From positions 35,511,360 through 35,575,359 of the forward strand of contig NC_090386.1 of NCBI RefSeq assembly GCF_036365525.1: a stretch of 64,000 nucleotides of DNA, given 5' to 3'. Below are positions 49,033-62,244 of this stretch, piece after piece. Position numbers and translations under genes: made by a program. Under the pieces are notes generated by a model, which did not search any database, was not told the DNA's origin, and saw only the letters and a program-made list of their open reading frames with translations. Numbering within the stretch: the first letter of the stretch is position 1; each line of letters begins with the position of its first letter. This DNA comes from Heterodontus francisci (Eukaryota).

Positions 49033-50720
49033 ATGGGGACAGAGATGCGTGGCAGGGTGGCACCAGGGTTCAATGATGCCTCCCTGACCGCTCTCCTCCA
49101 GGCTGTGCGGGCAAGGCGGGAGGTCCTCTTCCCCCACGATGGCAGTAAGAGGCCTTCCCGCCTGACAAAGGCAGCTTGGCTGGAGGTGGCAGAGGAGGTC
49201 TGTAGCCATGGGGCCATCCACTACGACTGAGCGCAATGCCATAAAAGCCACAAGAGTAAGTGCCAATTCATATCAGGGCTCCACTCAAACTGGGTCTACC
49301 CACACAGAGTGGCACATGTGACACTGCCATTCTGAAGAAAAAGACTGTGGGCAGGGAAGAAAGAAGTGACATGAATGGTGCAGTGAATGACAGAACTTAG
49401 CCTTGTCTGGTGCTGAGAGAATGGCACCTACATGAGTAACTCACTCAATAGAGCACACCGAGCACCCTACACCTCTTTTGACTTGTGTCATGCTGTTGAA
49501 ATGCTACCTGTAATATCTGCCTCCATGCTGCTCCAGGCGAAGAGGGCCCACAATTCAAGGGAGGCTATCCGCACTGATGGAGGCACACCAGACATACAAA
49601 GGTTCATGGATGCTGAGGAGGATGCTCTGGAGTTAGCAGCAAGCCAGTTACTGTTCTCATTTGGTCAATTGAACATCAGGGTCCACGGTGAGCAAACTTC
49701 CAATTGATATGAACGATGATCAATGTGGAATTTTGGTTCTGTGATGCAATGCTGCTCTATTTGTGAAATATTCTACATCAAGACTGATAATGTCCTCTTC
49801 CCATTGTGTCTTCCAGGTGAAAGCTCAGAGCCAATCCTGGCTCCGCGGGTAGCCTCCCACACCTCGGAGGAAGAGCCAGTCTCCAAGGAAGTAGCATCCC
49901 ATGGCACTAAAGCACCTTCCACCAGTGCAGATACAGCCACCTCGGTGGGTATCCGTTCAGCTTTAGCGTGTGGGTCACAATCTGGTGAGAGCACTCACAT
50001 ACACCCGAGCAGCTGACGGAGGCTGAGACAGCCGAGGTCCCTGACAGTCGGAACACCATGAGTGGCCAGGCTCATGCTCAGACCCAGGCTACTGATGATG
50101 CTCTGATGTCAGCAGCACATGGCCTGCTGGAGCTGATGAATAACTACTGGCAACAGCAGGCAGAGATGCCACAGGACTTGCTCAGCTTTGAGCAGACGAT
50201 GGGGGAGTCCATCCAGACCATGCCAGCTGCCATGTCCCAGACATATGAGCGCCTGACTTCATCCATTGAGGCGGCAGCAGTGGTCTTCTTGGGAGTCAGA
50301 ATCAATTAATACGCGCTGACCTGCAATCCCTCGTCGCTGCTGTGACATCCATTCAGCAATGGCTAGGCGAGAGAGGGACCAGGGCTGGGAGAGCAGAGGG
50401 GTTCAAACGAGCCCTAAGATGGAGGAGGTGAACCAGCAGGCCATATCTGGGGTCCCCCCTCAAGGTGATTCCAATGTAGTAGCCGGCCCCTCCATCCCTT
50501 TGCCAGTGAGTCAAGCTGCAGCAGCTGCGTATCTGAGGAGAGTTCTGCGCTGATGCAGGATTCCCCCAGTCAGCCGGGGCCCTCCAGGTCTCATGATTGC
50601 AGAGGATGACCGCCGAAGTCATCCACAGACAAATGGCAATCAGATCAGCAGCCTTCCTCCAGTCACTAGCACTGAGGTTGCACCGATAAGGGGCACTCAC
50701 AAGCATTTAAAGAAAACACA
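49033..50720 (+). pseudogene. Harbinger Myb/SANT-like gene, 3 exons
   Basis: Exon 1 (49033-49255): RVAPGFNDASLTALLQAVRARREVLFP...AWLEVAEEV, then gtaag. Exon 2 (49537-49687): AKRAHNSREAIRTDGG, bounded by ctccag and gtgag. Exon 3 starts at 49817 after ttccag. In-frame stops are present. Confidence 0.8.
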
Positions 50721-51109
50721 TTAACACAAAAGGGAATGCACAGGTGTCAAAGCATTGTAAATATATTTGTCACTACATGTTCTTCACCAACACGTGTGTC
50801 CTCTTTTCTGTGTGAATGGTGTGTGCCAGCATTTACCCCTAATGTCTCATCCCTTTTCATCATTGGCTTTTCAGGGATGCCAATGCATGCAATAACATCA
50901 TTGCCATGCCACCGTTACTCATGTGCATCTTCATGGATGCAGTGACATGGATAATGGTTCAGTGTGCTGCTACCTCTAATGGTTTTGACAAAGGTGTTGC
51001 AGATGTGGACTGCTGCACAGCAGGTGAGTGAGGGTGATGCGTGGCTTGCAGGGCTAATGTCTGTTCCTATGGAGCGGCCAGCCTGTGACTGATAAGCCAC
51101 TGCCATACA

Positions 51110-52200
51110 TCCCTAGCTCATTGCCCACCCTGCAGCAGAGCCTGGGGGCCCTCTGCCCTCCCATGTGCGTTTCCAGTTGTAAGACCTCAGCATCCTCATA
51201 GACCGAGGAGGGATCCTGCTGATGTCTCTCCTCATCATGCCAGGCCTGCCCCCTATTGGACGTGTAGTTCTACAGAGCACAGCGAGCAGCAGAAAAAGGA
51301 GCTGCCCTTTGTGCCTCATAGTGTAGGGCCCCACCCGATTTATCCGGGCAGTGGGAGCTTTTTCAGCATGCCGATCGCCTGCTCCATGGCTGGTGTTGTA
51401 TCTCTCCTCTGCAGCAGTAGTGGGGTCTCTCACTGGCGTCAGGAGCCATGTCTACAAGGGGTATCCCTTGCCTCCAAGAAGCCACCCCGCCATCTGAGCC
51501 AGTTCAGTGAACAGCAGCGGCAGCTGGGACTGACGCACGATCCAGGCATCATAGCATTTGCCTGAGCAACAGGTAAGGATTTGCATGAAGTGTCTCTGGT
51601 GATTACATACCAGCTGTACCTAGATTGAGATGAATCCCTTAATGGTAAAGTCTGCAGCTGGTAGCCTGGCAGGAGGCCTGTTGGCCACATGGGTGCAGTC
51701 TATGACCCATTGCACATTTGGCTATCCGGCAATGGTGCCAATATCGATGGCCATCTGGGCCTGGCTCTCAGGGTCCATCCTGAAGCGTACATAGTCACCA
51801 GGTCTCCGGTACAGGGCATCGGTGACGTCCCTGATGCAGCGGTGCACTGCTGCATGTGTGAATCCACAGAGGTGGCTGGTGGGCCCCTTAAGTGCTAGAA
51901 GGCGTCAAGGTTTAGAGCCACTGCCACTATGAGGACCACAGGCATAGGATGTCCACCGAAGCCCATGATCTGCAGGTCATCGTTGAGCAGGACACAGAGA
52001 TGTTTCACCACCTCTCCATACATGCATAGATGCCTCTGACACTGGTGCTCTGACATCCGCTGGTATGTCATGTGGGACCTGTAGATACTCAGCATTCGAT
52101 AGTGGCAAGTTCCCCTCGGGGGATGCTGCTCACGACCAGCGGCCTCTACCTGGGCTGCACCTGCCTGTTGGTTTTGCCTGCGGCACATATGGATCCTCAG
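51110..52200 (-). pseudogene. Harbinger DDE transposase remnant
   Basis: YQRMSEHQCQRHL...GGHPMPVVLIVAVALN and MRDPTTAAEERYNTSH; heavily frameshifted. Confidence 0.8.
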
Positions 52201-54879
52201 GAGAAGCAAATCACATAATTTAGGATGAACCAGACCCATTTCCATGTGAAGAATAAAGCTGTATCCTTCGTTGATTCTAAAGTTCCTAACAGGGCAGACA
52301 TTGGTGTTGACGGGTATATCAGGTGCTTTCATGGATCAACTATGTGGCGTGGCATGGCATTGCCCATCTTAGTCCACACTAAGAGTGGCACAGCATGACC
52401 ACATAAAAATTCTACCAGTGCATCGATTGCCCCCACCAGCCAGATAACCTTTACGCTCCTACCGTTTCTGGCACCCTCCCCACACACAGGGTGACTAGAG
52501 TGCCATTGCTCCTTCACACACAATGGCGCAGAGTGTACACCATTTACAGAGGGAGGGTACACAGTACCTCTCTTCATGCCTGCAGAGCTTTCCTTCCAGT
52601 AATCCCATTCCCCCTTCCACCTCCTTTTCATTATGCAGTGTTGAGACCCCCGATAATTCCAGACTTACCTGCATTGTCAGCGAGTCCTCCTATTTCTGAT
52701 GTTCTGTCGGCTTTTCAATGCAGAAGTGTGGAGCAACAGGTGATGGAATGCATAATCAGGAAAGGTAAGTAGCGCCTTACATATGGTAATCAGGGTGCCG
52801 CCGCCGTGTTGGGGGGGGTGGGGGTGTGGGGTGCACCAAGGTCTCGCCGCCGCCGGAAAAATGAGATAGAGCTTTCTCAGCGTTGGGGTCGAGGCGGGCC
52901 TCTCCCAGCAGAATTTTACAGCAGCCCCCCCCCCGCTGCCCCCCCGCACCCCCCGCCATGACCCCAGACGTCGAGGGGCTGGTAAAATTCAGCCCTTCAC
53001 ATCCATCTAGAGATAATGTATGTGATTTTATAGGTAGTTCTGTAGCATAAATGAGGTAATGTACATGCACCTAAAGGCAGTGCTATTTGTAAATTAAGCG
53101 ATATATATGTATCCAGAAGCAGGGTTCACTACCTCACAGAATGCTTTTGTTACTGGCCTGTTGGGACCATGTACTGTTCACAACGAATGTAAATGTTGCT
53201 TGTTGCTGGGGCTGCCAGGGCAGGCTGAGCATTCAGCTCACCCATACTGCCAGCATTATCATGTTCCTATAGCTGGACTGGTACATCAGAGAAGATCGAA
53301 ACCAGAAGCGTAAAATCACAATACAACTTTTGAGCAACTGAGGACAAGCACTGCTTCCTCATTAAATTTAGAATTATGCAGAAAAACCTGTTTTTGGTAC
53401 ATATAACCATGTCATACACAATTTCCTGACTTCTTTTCTAACTTAACATCAAGATTTATTTTCCCGACTTTCCCTTTAGTGGCACCTATATATGCAGAAC
53501 TTCATGGCTATTGTGTAAGAAAGTATTTCTGCCGTGTTCTTTTGTCTTATCAGAAGATGTCAGCTGGCTTCTCGCATTTTGAATAACGTTTAATGAAAGA
53601 TCATGATGACAGTACTGCAAAGGTCATCTGATCTCCTTATTGACAGGTGGTGGCTTTTTAAGTAGTTCATTCTGGAAGGTTCAATCTTATTTACTTGGGG
53701 AATTTCTGAGAAGATTAGAATGAGTTAATCCTTTTTCTTCCCTGTCTTCCCCTGTTTACTTTATAACCAGCTGATAATTAAGAGCTGATTGCTTAAACAT
53801 TTCACAATTTCAGACGTTATTTAATGGAGAGGGTAGAAGGGATGAATTAATTTTTTGTATCATCACACTCTTCCCTTGCAGAATAGTGTGAAACCGTGGC
53901 AGGCTCAGTTAACAGTCTGAGGAGGGATGTAGAAATTAGAATTCAAACCTATGTAACTCCCCTTCATTTCCCCACTTTAGACTAGTGCTATAACTTTGTA
54001 CTGCGACAATATAGGTCACAAAGCATTGTTGTATATTTTACTCTTTTATTTTGCAAAACTTTACATTCCTTCTAGATACTGGAACTTTCCCCTGGTCTCA
54101 AAGAAAATAAACAATCCAGCAATGTTTTGTATATCTCCAGCTAGTAATTTGTACCTTTCTCTAACCAGCAGCTCATTCCATCCATCATTAATGTTGCTAG
54201 GAATTAAATAATTGACGTGGGTCACCGTCTCAATCTCATATTTCCAAAGGGAGGGAGTAGTTTCAGGCTCACTGCAAATGCAGAATATAAGTTGGAACAC
54301 TAACAGAGGTATGAACAGAATATTAAATTCCAATTACGGGAATAAAATTCACAGATCATCACATTGTGATATACACATTGACAGGTATTAGTAGAACGCA
54401 ATTTAAATATTCATGTTTCAGAGATGTTCATTGCAAAAAGTATGTAACATTATGGTGGAGGCCTCTTATCATTGTACCTTAATTAATTAATTAACTATAG
54501 ATTGCATTTTCCTTTTCTCCTTCTCCCAGATCTGTGTGCAAATCTCATTACAATGGAGCTTGATTATATACAACCCATTAAATTTGACATTAAGTCCACC
54601 ACTAACACCCAGACTGTCATTCCATGCCTGATAGGAAGCAATGAATCAAATAGAATAGATTTATTGATTGAGCACTGGTCATAATATATTTTCCCAATGT
54701 GTCTCAGAAACCATAAATAAGCAGAGATTACTCAGAAAGGACGAAAGAGCTGAGGAGTCAACAGTTTATAAAAAGACCTATCTGAATTGATGTTGGTGAG
54801 GTAAGGGGACAAAATGAAGCAGCTTCCTCTACTCATTTTTTCATTAAACTTATTGATCAACAAAATCACCCTTTAACAA

Positions 54880-54965
54880 GGACAGGAAATACTGGAAATG
54901 CAGGATCGGTCAGCAACTGAAAGCAAAAGACAGATTAATGTTTTGAGCGAAACTCTTCATCAGAA
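54880..54965 (-). mobile_element. Old PLE pLTR relic with decayed hammerhead-like core
   Basis: Resembles 8660-8755. Minus reads CTGATGA-agagtttcgctc-AAAAcatta. Confidence 0.45.
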
Positions 54966-55153
54966 ATTATTGGGGCTGGCTCACCTGGCATAAAGGTGGT
55001 CATAGTGCCCCAATATGGCTTTGGATCATTTACTGCCCCATTTACGTTGGCACTCCAGCCACCCCCATCTTTGAAGGGGCCTTCCAATTGGCAGCTGCAG
55101 CAATTGCCCTGTTAATATACAAATCAGGGTCTTTTGATGTATCCTGATTGCAG

Positions 55154-55490
55154 TTTTATTTTAGAGATACAGCACTGAAACAGGCCCTTCTGCCCACCGA
55201 GTCCGTGCCGACCATCAACCACCCATATATACTAATCCTACACTAATCCCATATTCCTACCACATCCCCACCTGTCCCTATATTTCCCTACCACCTACCT
55301 TGAGGGGCAATTTATAATGGCCAATTTACCTACCAACCTGCAAGTCTTTTGGCTTGTGGGAGGAAACCAGAGCACCCGGAGAAAACCCACGCAGCCACAG
55401 AGAGAACCTGCAAGCTCCACACAGGCAGTACCCAGAATTGCACCTGGGTCGCTGGAGCTGTGAGGCTGCGGTGCTAACCACTACGCCACT
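55154..55490 (-). mobile_element. HE1-type SINE
   Basis: Highly similar to 45016-45368. Confidence 0.92.
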
Positions 55491-56239
55491 GGGCAGAGCA
55501 TGTGCCACGTACGCTCTGTCGACTTGTTCCTGACGGTACTTTCAAAATATGGCCCCAAAACATTTTGGATTTGATTTGTGTGGGGCCAGGAGTAACAGGC
55601 ATACTCCTATGGGTTCCACAAGAATACTGTGGGCCACATACTCCCAGGGCTTTCCTCCTCCACAACTGTTTTCCACCCTGCATTGAACCTACCTACCTGC
55701 TCAGCTGGCAGGGCATCCAGATCGTCCAGAATTCCTCCACTGGCATGCTTACCAGAGCCATGGTAATGAGGCCCAAGCCTCAGATTGTAACTCTTTTGGC
55801 ATGACTGCCTGTAATATATGGGAAATATGGTCCAGTTTCAGAGGTCCTATTGAAAATGGGTAACCTGTGTCAGGTTCCAGTGAAAAGTTCTGAAATGACC
55901 AGTCTCATTCTTTTAAAAGGCCGTTCATCTTACTATTGGCACAGTAAAGAATGTTATCTTAAAGGTGGATTGTCAGGATAATGTGTGTGATGTTTACTGT
56001 CTCCATCCCATGCAGTGCCTGTTGTTTCATGGTGTCACTGAGATCCAAGCCCCAACATTGTCATTCTTTATTCCATTGAGCATGCAGGAACCAAAGAAAT
56101 GCACTGGTTGGCCCAGGCCCTCATTTGAGTCCTGACATTCATAATAAAATTTTCTAGTGGGCAGCTTGACTTTTTCACTTACACTTTCTTTATACCTTAT
56201 ATGTTCAGAATATTGAAGTAATATCTATGATGCAAAAAA

Positions 56240-56490
56240 CATAAACAATTTGCATTTATATAGTACCTTTAATGTAGTAAAACTTCTGAAGGTGTTTCAC
56301 AGGAGTGTTATCAGACAGAAAACTGACACAAAGCCAAAGAAGGAGACGTTAGCATGGATGACCAAACACTAGGTCAAAGAGGTATGTTTTAAGCAACAGC
56401 TTATAGGAGAGTGAGGAGGAGCTGTGGAGAAGTTTATGGAGGCAATTCCAGAGGTTAAGGCTTGGATGGATGAAGGCATGCCTGCCAATG
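56240..56490 (-). mobile_element. L2 LINE 3'-end fragment
   Basis: ttgcatttatatagtacctttaatgtagtaaaac...ggcaattccagag; homologous to the region from 63480 onward. Confidence 0.7.
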
Positions 56491-58454
56491 GCTTGTACCA
56501 AAAACTACATTCCAAATGTTTTGCATTCCTTAATTTTCAAGTTCTTAATTGGATAGTTTGAGATGTTTTGAAAACCATGCAACAATGTAGGAGAAAGTAA
56601 ACTATATTAATGCATGATAATTCCAACTCTATACATAAACATTGTTATGGTTTTAAGCAGATTTGAAATGATTAGTCCATTATTTGTTAAAGCCCAGTTC
56701 AGAGCTTAATACAATGCAACCATTCAAAATATGCAAATAGATAAGGATAATTGGATTCTTCTCCAATTATTCACGCAATTGGTGGTTTTAGTCCACTGGT
56801 GCAAAACATTGACTCTTTTGTTAAATCTACCAGGGTTTGTGAACTGGCATTAATTCTTAAAACAACTCAAGTCATCCAAGGACTGAAAATAACCTTCACA
56901 CCTGGCTATTCCTTTTTATATGAAGATAAGTATGTGCAAAAATTGCCAGTGGTCAAAATACTGTATATAACTTGTATTTAACTAAAGTAAATAACCAGGG
57001 AGCTGCAGGAAAATATCTATAAAGTGATAGCGCTGCTAATGCAACACACCTTGAGTGCTTCATGGAGTCACTGAAATCCATGCCCCGATATTACCACCCT
57101 TTATTCGAGTGAGAACCCAGGAACCAGAGGGAAGCTTGCTGTACGCAAACTGCCTCTTTGTTTTTTATATTACAACAGTGATTACACTTCAAAAATTATA
57201 AAGGCCTTTGTGACATCCTGAGGTCATGAAAGGTGCTATAGAAATGCAGGTTCCTTCCTTCTCTCTTTTGTTATCTCATTTACATCTCTCCTCATATCTA
57301 CGTCTTCCTTCCCTGCAATAGAAGGTATAACCAGTGGGCTACTCATCTTCCAAATTGTGGCTGTCGCAAATTGAAATTACATGTGCCTACAAGCCACAGA
57401 TGGAAAAAGACCTAAGAAAAATTGGGCCAGAACCTAAACCAATGCCAATAAAACAATAGGTTAAGCAATGCATGCTGAAGCAAAACAAAAATCCACACCT
57501 TATAGAGACATTTCCCTTTAAGAGGACATTCTTCATAATGGCTGTAGGAGTCTTTAAAGCAGTTAGCATTTTATATGGACATTGAAGCACTTCACTGCAT
57601 TCCCAGTATGACAAAGGTAATCTCCCTCTGCTCTTAAATTGCTCCAGTGATGTAACTGAAGCAGCTCCATTCCATTTTAATCGAGCATAGACCTTGGGAA
57701 GCAAACAAAAGATTCCTTAATGGAAACTGGAAATTAGGAGCAGCCAGCCAGCTGATTAAGAGATTCCTGACCTTGCAAAAACATTCTAATGGCAGAATAT
57801 GCAACAGCACCTAGTGGTATTATGGCTAGGATATGAGGTGCATCTTAAAGAAGGGTCTCCACTCGTTAAAAGGTTTAAAGAGTATTTTCTTTTCTCATAC
57901 AGACATGGGAAGTACATTGGAAAGGAAGCATATCATGTAGTCTTTAATTCCCCTTTAAGCAAACATATACTAGAAAAAGAACATTGTTTAACTTCTACAC
58001 TTTTAAAAAGTGATGTCCATTCATTAAAACCTTACATTTGTACCTGTCCAGTTGGTTTAGATATATAGTCCCTTTATTACGTATTCAACCTTTCCCTCTT
58101 CATCCATTACCCAGGTATGACATTAACACTGAGCCACAGAGTGGCAATTTTGCAAGGCATCAGCATATGTAGTAAAACAGGCAATCATTTACTTTTTAAC
58201 TATTCGAAATGCAGTATTTTTCCTGAAGGACTGTTTAATGCTGTGTGTTTTTTCTTTGATTAATTACTGTCATTAATTAAGTTGCTGAAATAAATATCAG
58301 AAAAAAAACATTTTCCAATGGGCATAAAGCTGCAGCCATTTATTGATAAGGTGACTGTTTCAAGGGCAATTTTTCTTTTCCCCTTAGCTTTTTCCCGTCA
58401 ACTCCCTGAAAATGGAGATTTAAACTGTAGTACAAATCCACAGACACCGTTATG

Positions 58455-58800
58455 CTCGGTACCTTGCCTGAATGGCCATTCTTCATATGCAACAATGGAC
58501 AGCAGCAGGCTATACAACTCTTAGGGGGATGTTACATGTATGATCCTGTCCTCACCTGATGTCTATATAAGAGAATTTCTAGATAGCTATCAGGAGTATG
58601 AACTGTTGACTGTTTACTTTTTTAAAACTCTTTTCTAATCAAGCAACATTTACTCCACCGGTAGCAGTTATACCACTATAATAGTTCAGAGTAAGTAACT
58701 CAGCACAGTCTGGGACTGAACCCTACAATCTATTGGGTCTTTCTGGCTAAGTACCACTCTAAGCAGTATCCTTACAAACGCAGCTATTGAGGGAGCTCAT
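58455..58800 (-). mobile_element. Ancient SINE, tentatively AmnSINE2-like (second copy ~62680-62955 on plus)
   Basis: Minus strand has gtggtacttagcc...ctgtgctgagtta...caggtgaggacaggatc...tagcctgc...gaagaatggcca. Similar blocks occur in order at 62780-62950. The family name is from recall only. Confidence 0.4.
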
Positions 58801-58854
58801 TTATAGGATAATTGAACCACAGTAATTGTGTCTGGGAAGACTGTTCATGTTTGT

Positions 58855-59860
58855 AAGTGTAAGCCTTGGTTTAATGGTAGGATGCTTGCCTCTGCATCAG
58901 AAGATTGTGTGTTCATTCTCTGCTCCAAAGACTTGAGCACATAGTCGAGGTTCAGAGCAGTACTGAGGGACTGTTAGAATATCAGAGGTGCTGTCTTTTA
59001 GCTGAGACATTAAACTCAGGTCGATGTAAAAAAAAATCCTAAGATCCTATATGATGAAGAGCAGGGGAGTTCTCCCCAATGTCCTAGTCAAAATTCACCG
59101 CTCATACAATGTCACTAAAACTCATTATTTTGCCAATATCTCATTGCTGTTTCTGTAATCTTGGGGCTGGATTTAATGGGCCTCTGGGAAAGGGCTGGGA
59201 GGTGGGGGGAGGGTGCCCATCGAATTGCGACGGGAGGCGGGGAGGTGGAGGGTTCGTCACCTTGCCATCGCACCACGATTAAGTTGGGATCGGGAAAGGC
59301 CAAAGACAGCCTTCCTGCCCAGGGGCCAATTGAGGCCCTTAAGTGGCCTATTATGAGCCAATTAAGGTCCTCTTCCTGTCGCTGCTGGAATTAAGCCAGA
59401 GGTGAGGGTTGGGGGAGGGGGGGAACCTCCTCCAAGCAGGGAGGTCGCCCAGTGAAATGAGGCACCTCCCTGTGGGCTTGTAGGGGGCCCTCCTCTTTGG
59501 GCAATCTGTGGCCCTTTACTACTGAGCTGCCAGCCCTCTAATTGGCCGGCAGTTCTTGGAGGCGGGATCCCTGTCTTTAAAGGGATGGGGCCCCAGCCTC
59601 AGGCACCTAAGTGCCTCAACGCCGTAAAATTGCGGCAGGGGGCTCCTAAAGGCTGAGGCGGTGTTCCCATCACCTTTTTGGCCCAGCACCAGGAACCCTG
59701 CCAGTGCAACTGAATTCAGCCCATGCTGTGCAAAAATTGGCTACTGTGTTTCCTACAATAAAACAATGACCACACTTCAAAAAGTATTTCATTTGCTGTG
59801 AAATGCTTTGGGATATCCTGAAGTTGTGAAAGCTGTTGCATAAATGCAAGTTATTTTCTT
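58855..59860 (+). mobile_element. DeuSINE/SacSINE1-like SINE split by a MITE
   Basis: Head and Deu-like core (tgagacattaaac...gaagagcaggggagttctcc) up to 59163. It resumes at 59723 with ctgtgcaaaaattggct and an L2-like tail. Confidence 0.78.
59164..59722. mobile_element. Harbinger-type MITE
   Basis: Ends gggctggattt / gaattcagccc; flanks ttg/atg; cleanly interrupts the SINE. Confidence 0.82.
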
Positions 59861-61059
59861 TTGTTCGACAAGTAAAATGTGACCAAGGATATTGCTACAG
59901 GCCCAAGTGAAATCCTGCTGAGCACTGCAGTTTTTTACTTAGTGGCCAGTCATTTTCTATTCCACTGTAATTCCATTTTAACTCATAAAAAGAAATCTTG
60001 CCATAATAGTTTATGTAAATGGGATGTGGCTTGTGTGGGGGCTGCAGAAATTAATATCGCCTTTCCTTTGTTAATTTTAAAAGTTTTGAAATATAGGCAT
60101 TGATTTTATGGTTGTTTTTGGATTTCTTACAGTAAAGAGGGAGAAGTGGAAAGAGATCATTTCCAAAATAAACTATTGTGTATGTTTTTTTATACCGTTA
60201 GAAAATTTGGGTACAAAATTAATGTTATGGACAGTAGGGTGAGGCTTTTTGTGGCTTGACAATGTTGAGATATAAATATTATACAAGACATTGGAAGAGA
60301 GTGCTAGCTGTTTATCAAAAAGCAGCGACTGTTTATCATGCAATATAAATATGATTGATTCACACACCTGAAAAACCTTGGGCGTCACATTATGCCTTCC
60401 TCAGACCACAAGCTTAATGCACTGCGACAAATGGATAGGGCACAACTTGTGAATGTCACAAAGCTGTGTTTGATTTACACCATTAAAGATAGTAACTGCT
60501 CCTCCCCTGACCACCCTCCACCCTCCCAGTCCCATTCTATTCATTAATTATAAGAATGCTAGTTCCGACACTGGTGGGAATTGCTACTCTCTGTTGTTAA
60601 TGGAGAGTGAAAAAGACAGCCCTTCAGGTAGTTTTATACAATACTATCTGTCAGAAAAGAAAAATAAGTTTGGATTGTTGCTATCAAATTCACCCAAACA
60701 CCAGAACTAATGCAAGGATCTGGGTCCTTCTCACGTACGCACGCATATCTTATTCCCAGTGGGGGTTGGATACGCCGTCCTCTGCTTTATTAAATTGGAA
60801 AAGCTGCTGCGTTAAATTTAATTGCTTTTAATTCTTGTGCTGCTCACCGACCTGCCTGTCAGTTTTGAAGTCACTGTGCTGCATGCTGATGACCATGGCA
60901 GGCATTCAATTATTCCTTTTTAAAGGAAAACTCCAAGCTGGCAAACACACCGATCGAATAGACAAACACGTTTTCACCACAGTTTATTCTGCAGGTCAGG
61001 TCTTGTATTGATAATGTGCATTATTTTTTAAATATACTCAAGAGAAAATACATTTTTCT

Positions 61060-61870
61060 TACTCCTACTCATTTCTGAGGGTATTGGAGGGCACCACCCA
61101 ACCAGTCAAGGCACTGGAATCGCAGTTTTAGAAGCCCAATGGTCTGCTCGATGGTTGTCCTTCTAGGTGGCATTGGTTGTATCACCTCTGTACCTCTGTC
61201 TGGGACTCCTGGAGAGGGGTCAGTATCCATCACTTCAGTAGCCATCCCTTGTCCCCTTGGATCCAACTAGTTTGGAGGGATTTGGAGTGCAGCAGTCTGG
61301 ACTGGCGGAGGATGAAGGAGTCATGGCAACTACCAGGAAAGCAAATGCATACATGGAGGAAGCTTTTGTTTTTGGCCGCGGACCAGTTGAACGTTGAGGG
61401 AGTGGAAGCCCTTCTTGTTGATAGATCTCATGACCAGTCACTGGGTGGCTTAATGGCCACATGAGTGTAATCAATGATGCCCTGAACCTGGGAGAACCCA
61501 GCGATAGAGACAAAACCCAATGCCCTCTGTCCCTGCGAGGCTATGTCTGTCATTAAATGAATGTGCTTCCCAGCTCTGGCAAAGAGGGCATCAGTGACCT
61601 GCGAGATGCAGTAGCATGAGCTGTTTTTGAGATGCTGCTAAGGCCCACAGGTGATCCTTGGAAGGAACCAGAAGCAAAGAAGTTCAAGGTCACAGTGACT
61701 TTGAGGGCCACTGGCAGGGCATGGCAACCAGTGCTGTGAGGTTTTCAGCAACGGGAATACAGATGCCTGTGACCATCTGCCCGTAGAATCGCAGTCTCCT
61801 GCAACACTGGTTCTTGGTCATTTCCAGGTGCTCCGTCTTCGGCAGAAGATCCTGTGTTCAAGGTATGACC
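61060..61870 (-). pseudogene. Harbinger DDE transposase remnant
   Basis: ALKVTVTLNFFASGSFQG; FPGSCHDSFILRQS; GDKG; TIEQTIGLLKLRFQCLD..GGALQY. Frameshifted. Confidence 0.85.
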
Positions 61871-62244
61871 TCCATTGTCTTCCTGACCCTCTTTCTTCTA
61901 CCTCCTGTTGCCTGGGGTTCTGCCCTTCCTATGGAGGGCATTGCCCCTCATTACCACTGGGTCTAAAATCTGACAAACATGCCTGCATTGCCAGCTGGAG
62001 CCTTCCTACTCTGCAGATGGTCACCTAATTATCCTTGGCAGCCTTGGACCCCGTTCTTCTGCCCCCATGATGCCAGGGGGTGCTAACCCTGTTCAAATGG
62101 TTTAAATGTAGTTTTCTGTTGACCCCATGTTAGGTCACATTCTGGCAAAGGAAATTGATTAGTATAAGTAATTCTGAACATTTCATCATTACAAAAAAAA
62201 AAATCTCCAGCTTTCCAAAACTTTGGTTGGTGAAAAGAAACTGG

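Larger units (their letters stand above)
48817..52995. mobile_element. Decayed autonomous-type PIF/Harbinger transposon (convergent Myb/SANT and transposase genes)
   Basis: Myb/SANT gene on plus, DDE transposase on minus; right TIR gtaaaattcagccc at 52982-52995. The left end is uncertain. Confidence 0.8.

Noticed and set aside
53996-54333. Short ORFs resembling a signal-peptide protein (MEFNILFIPLLVFQ...)
   Set aside because: Non-ATG start, AT-rich chance ORF, no splice or domain support.
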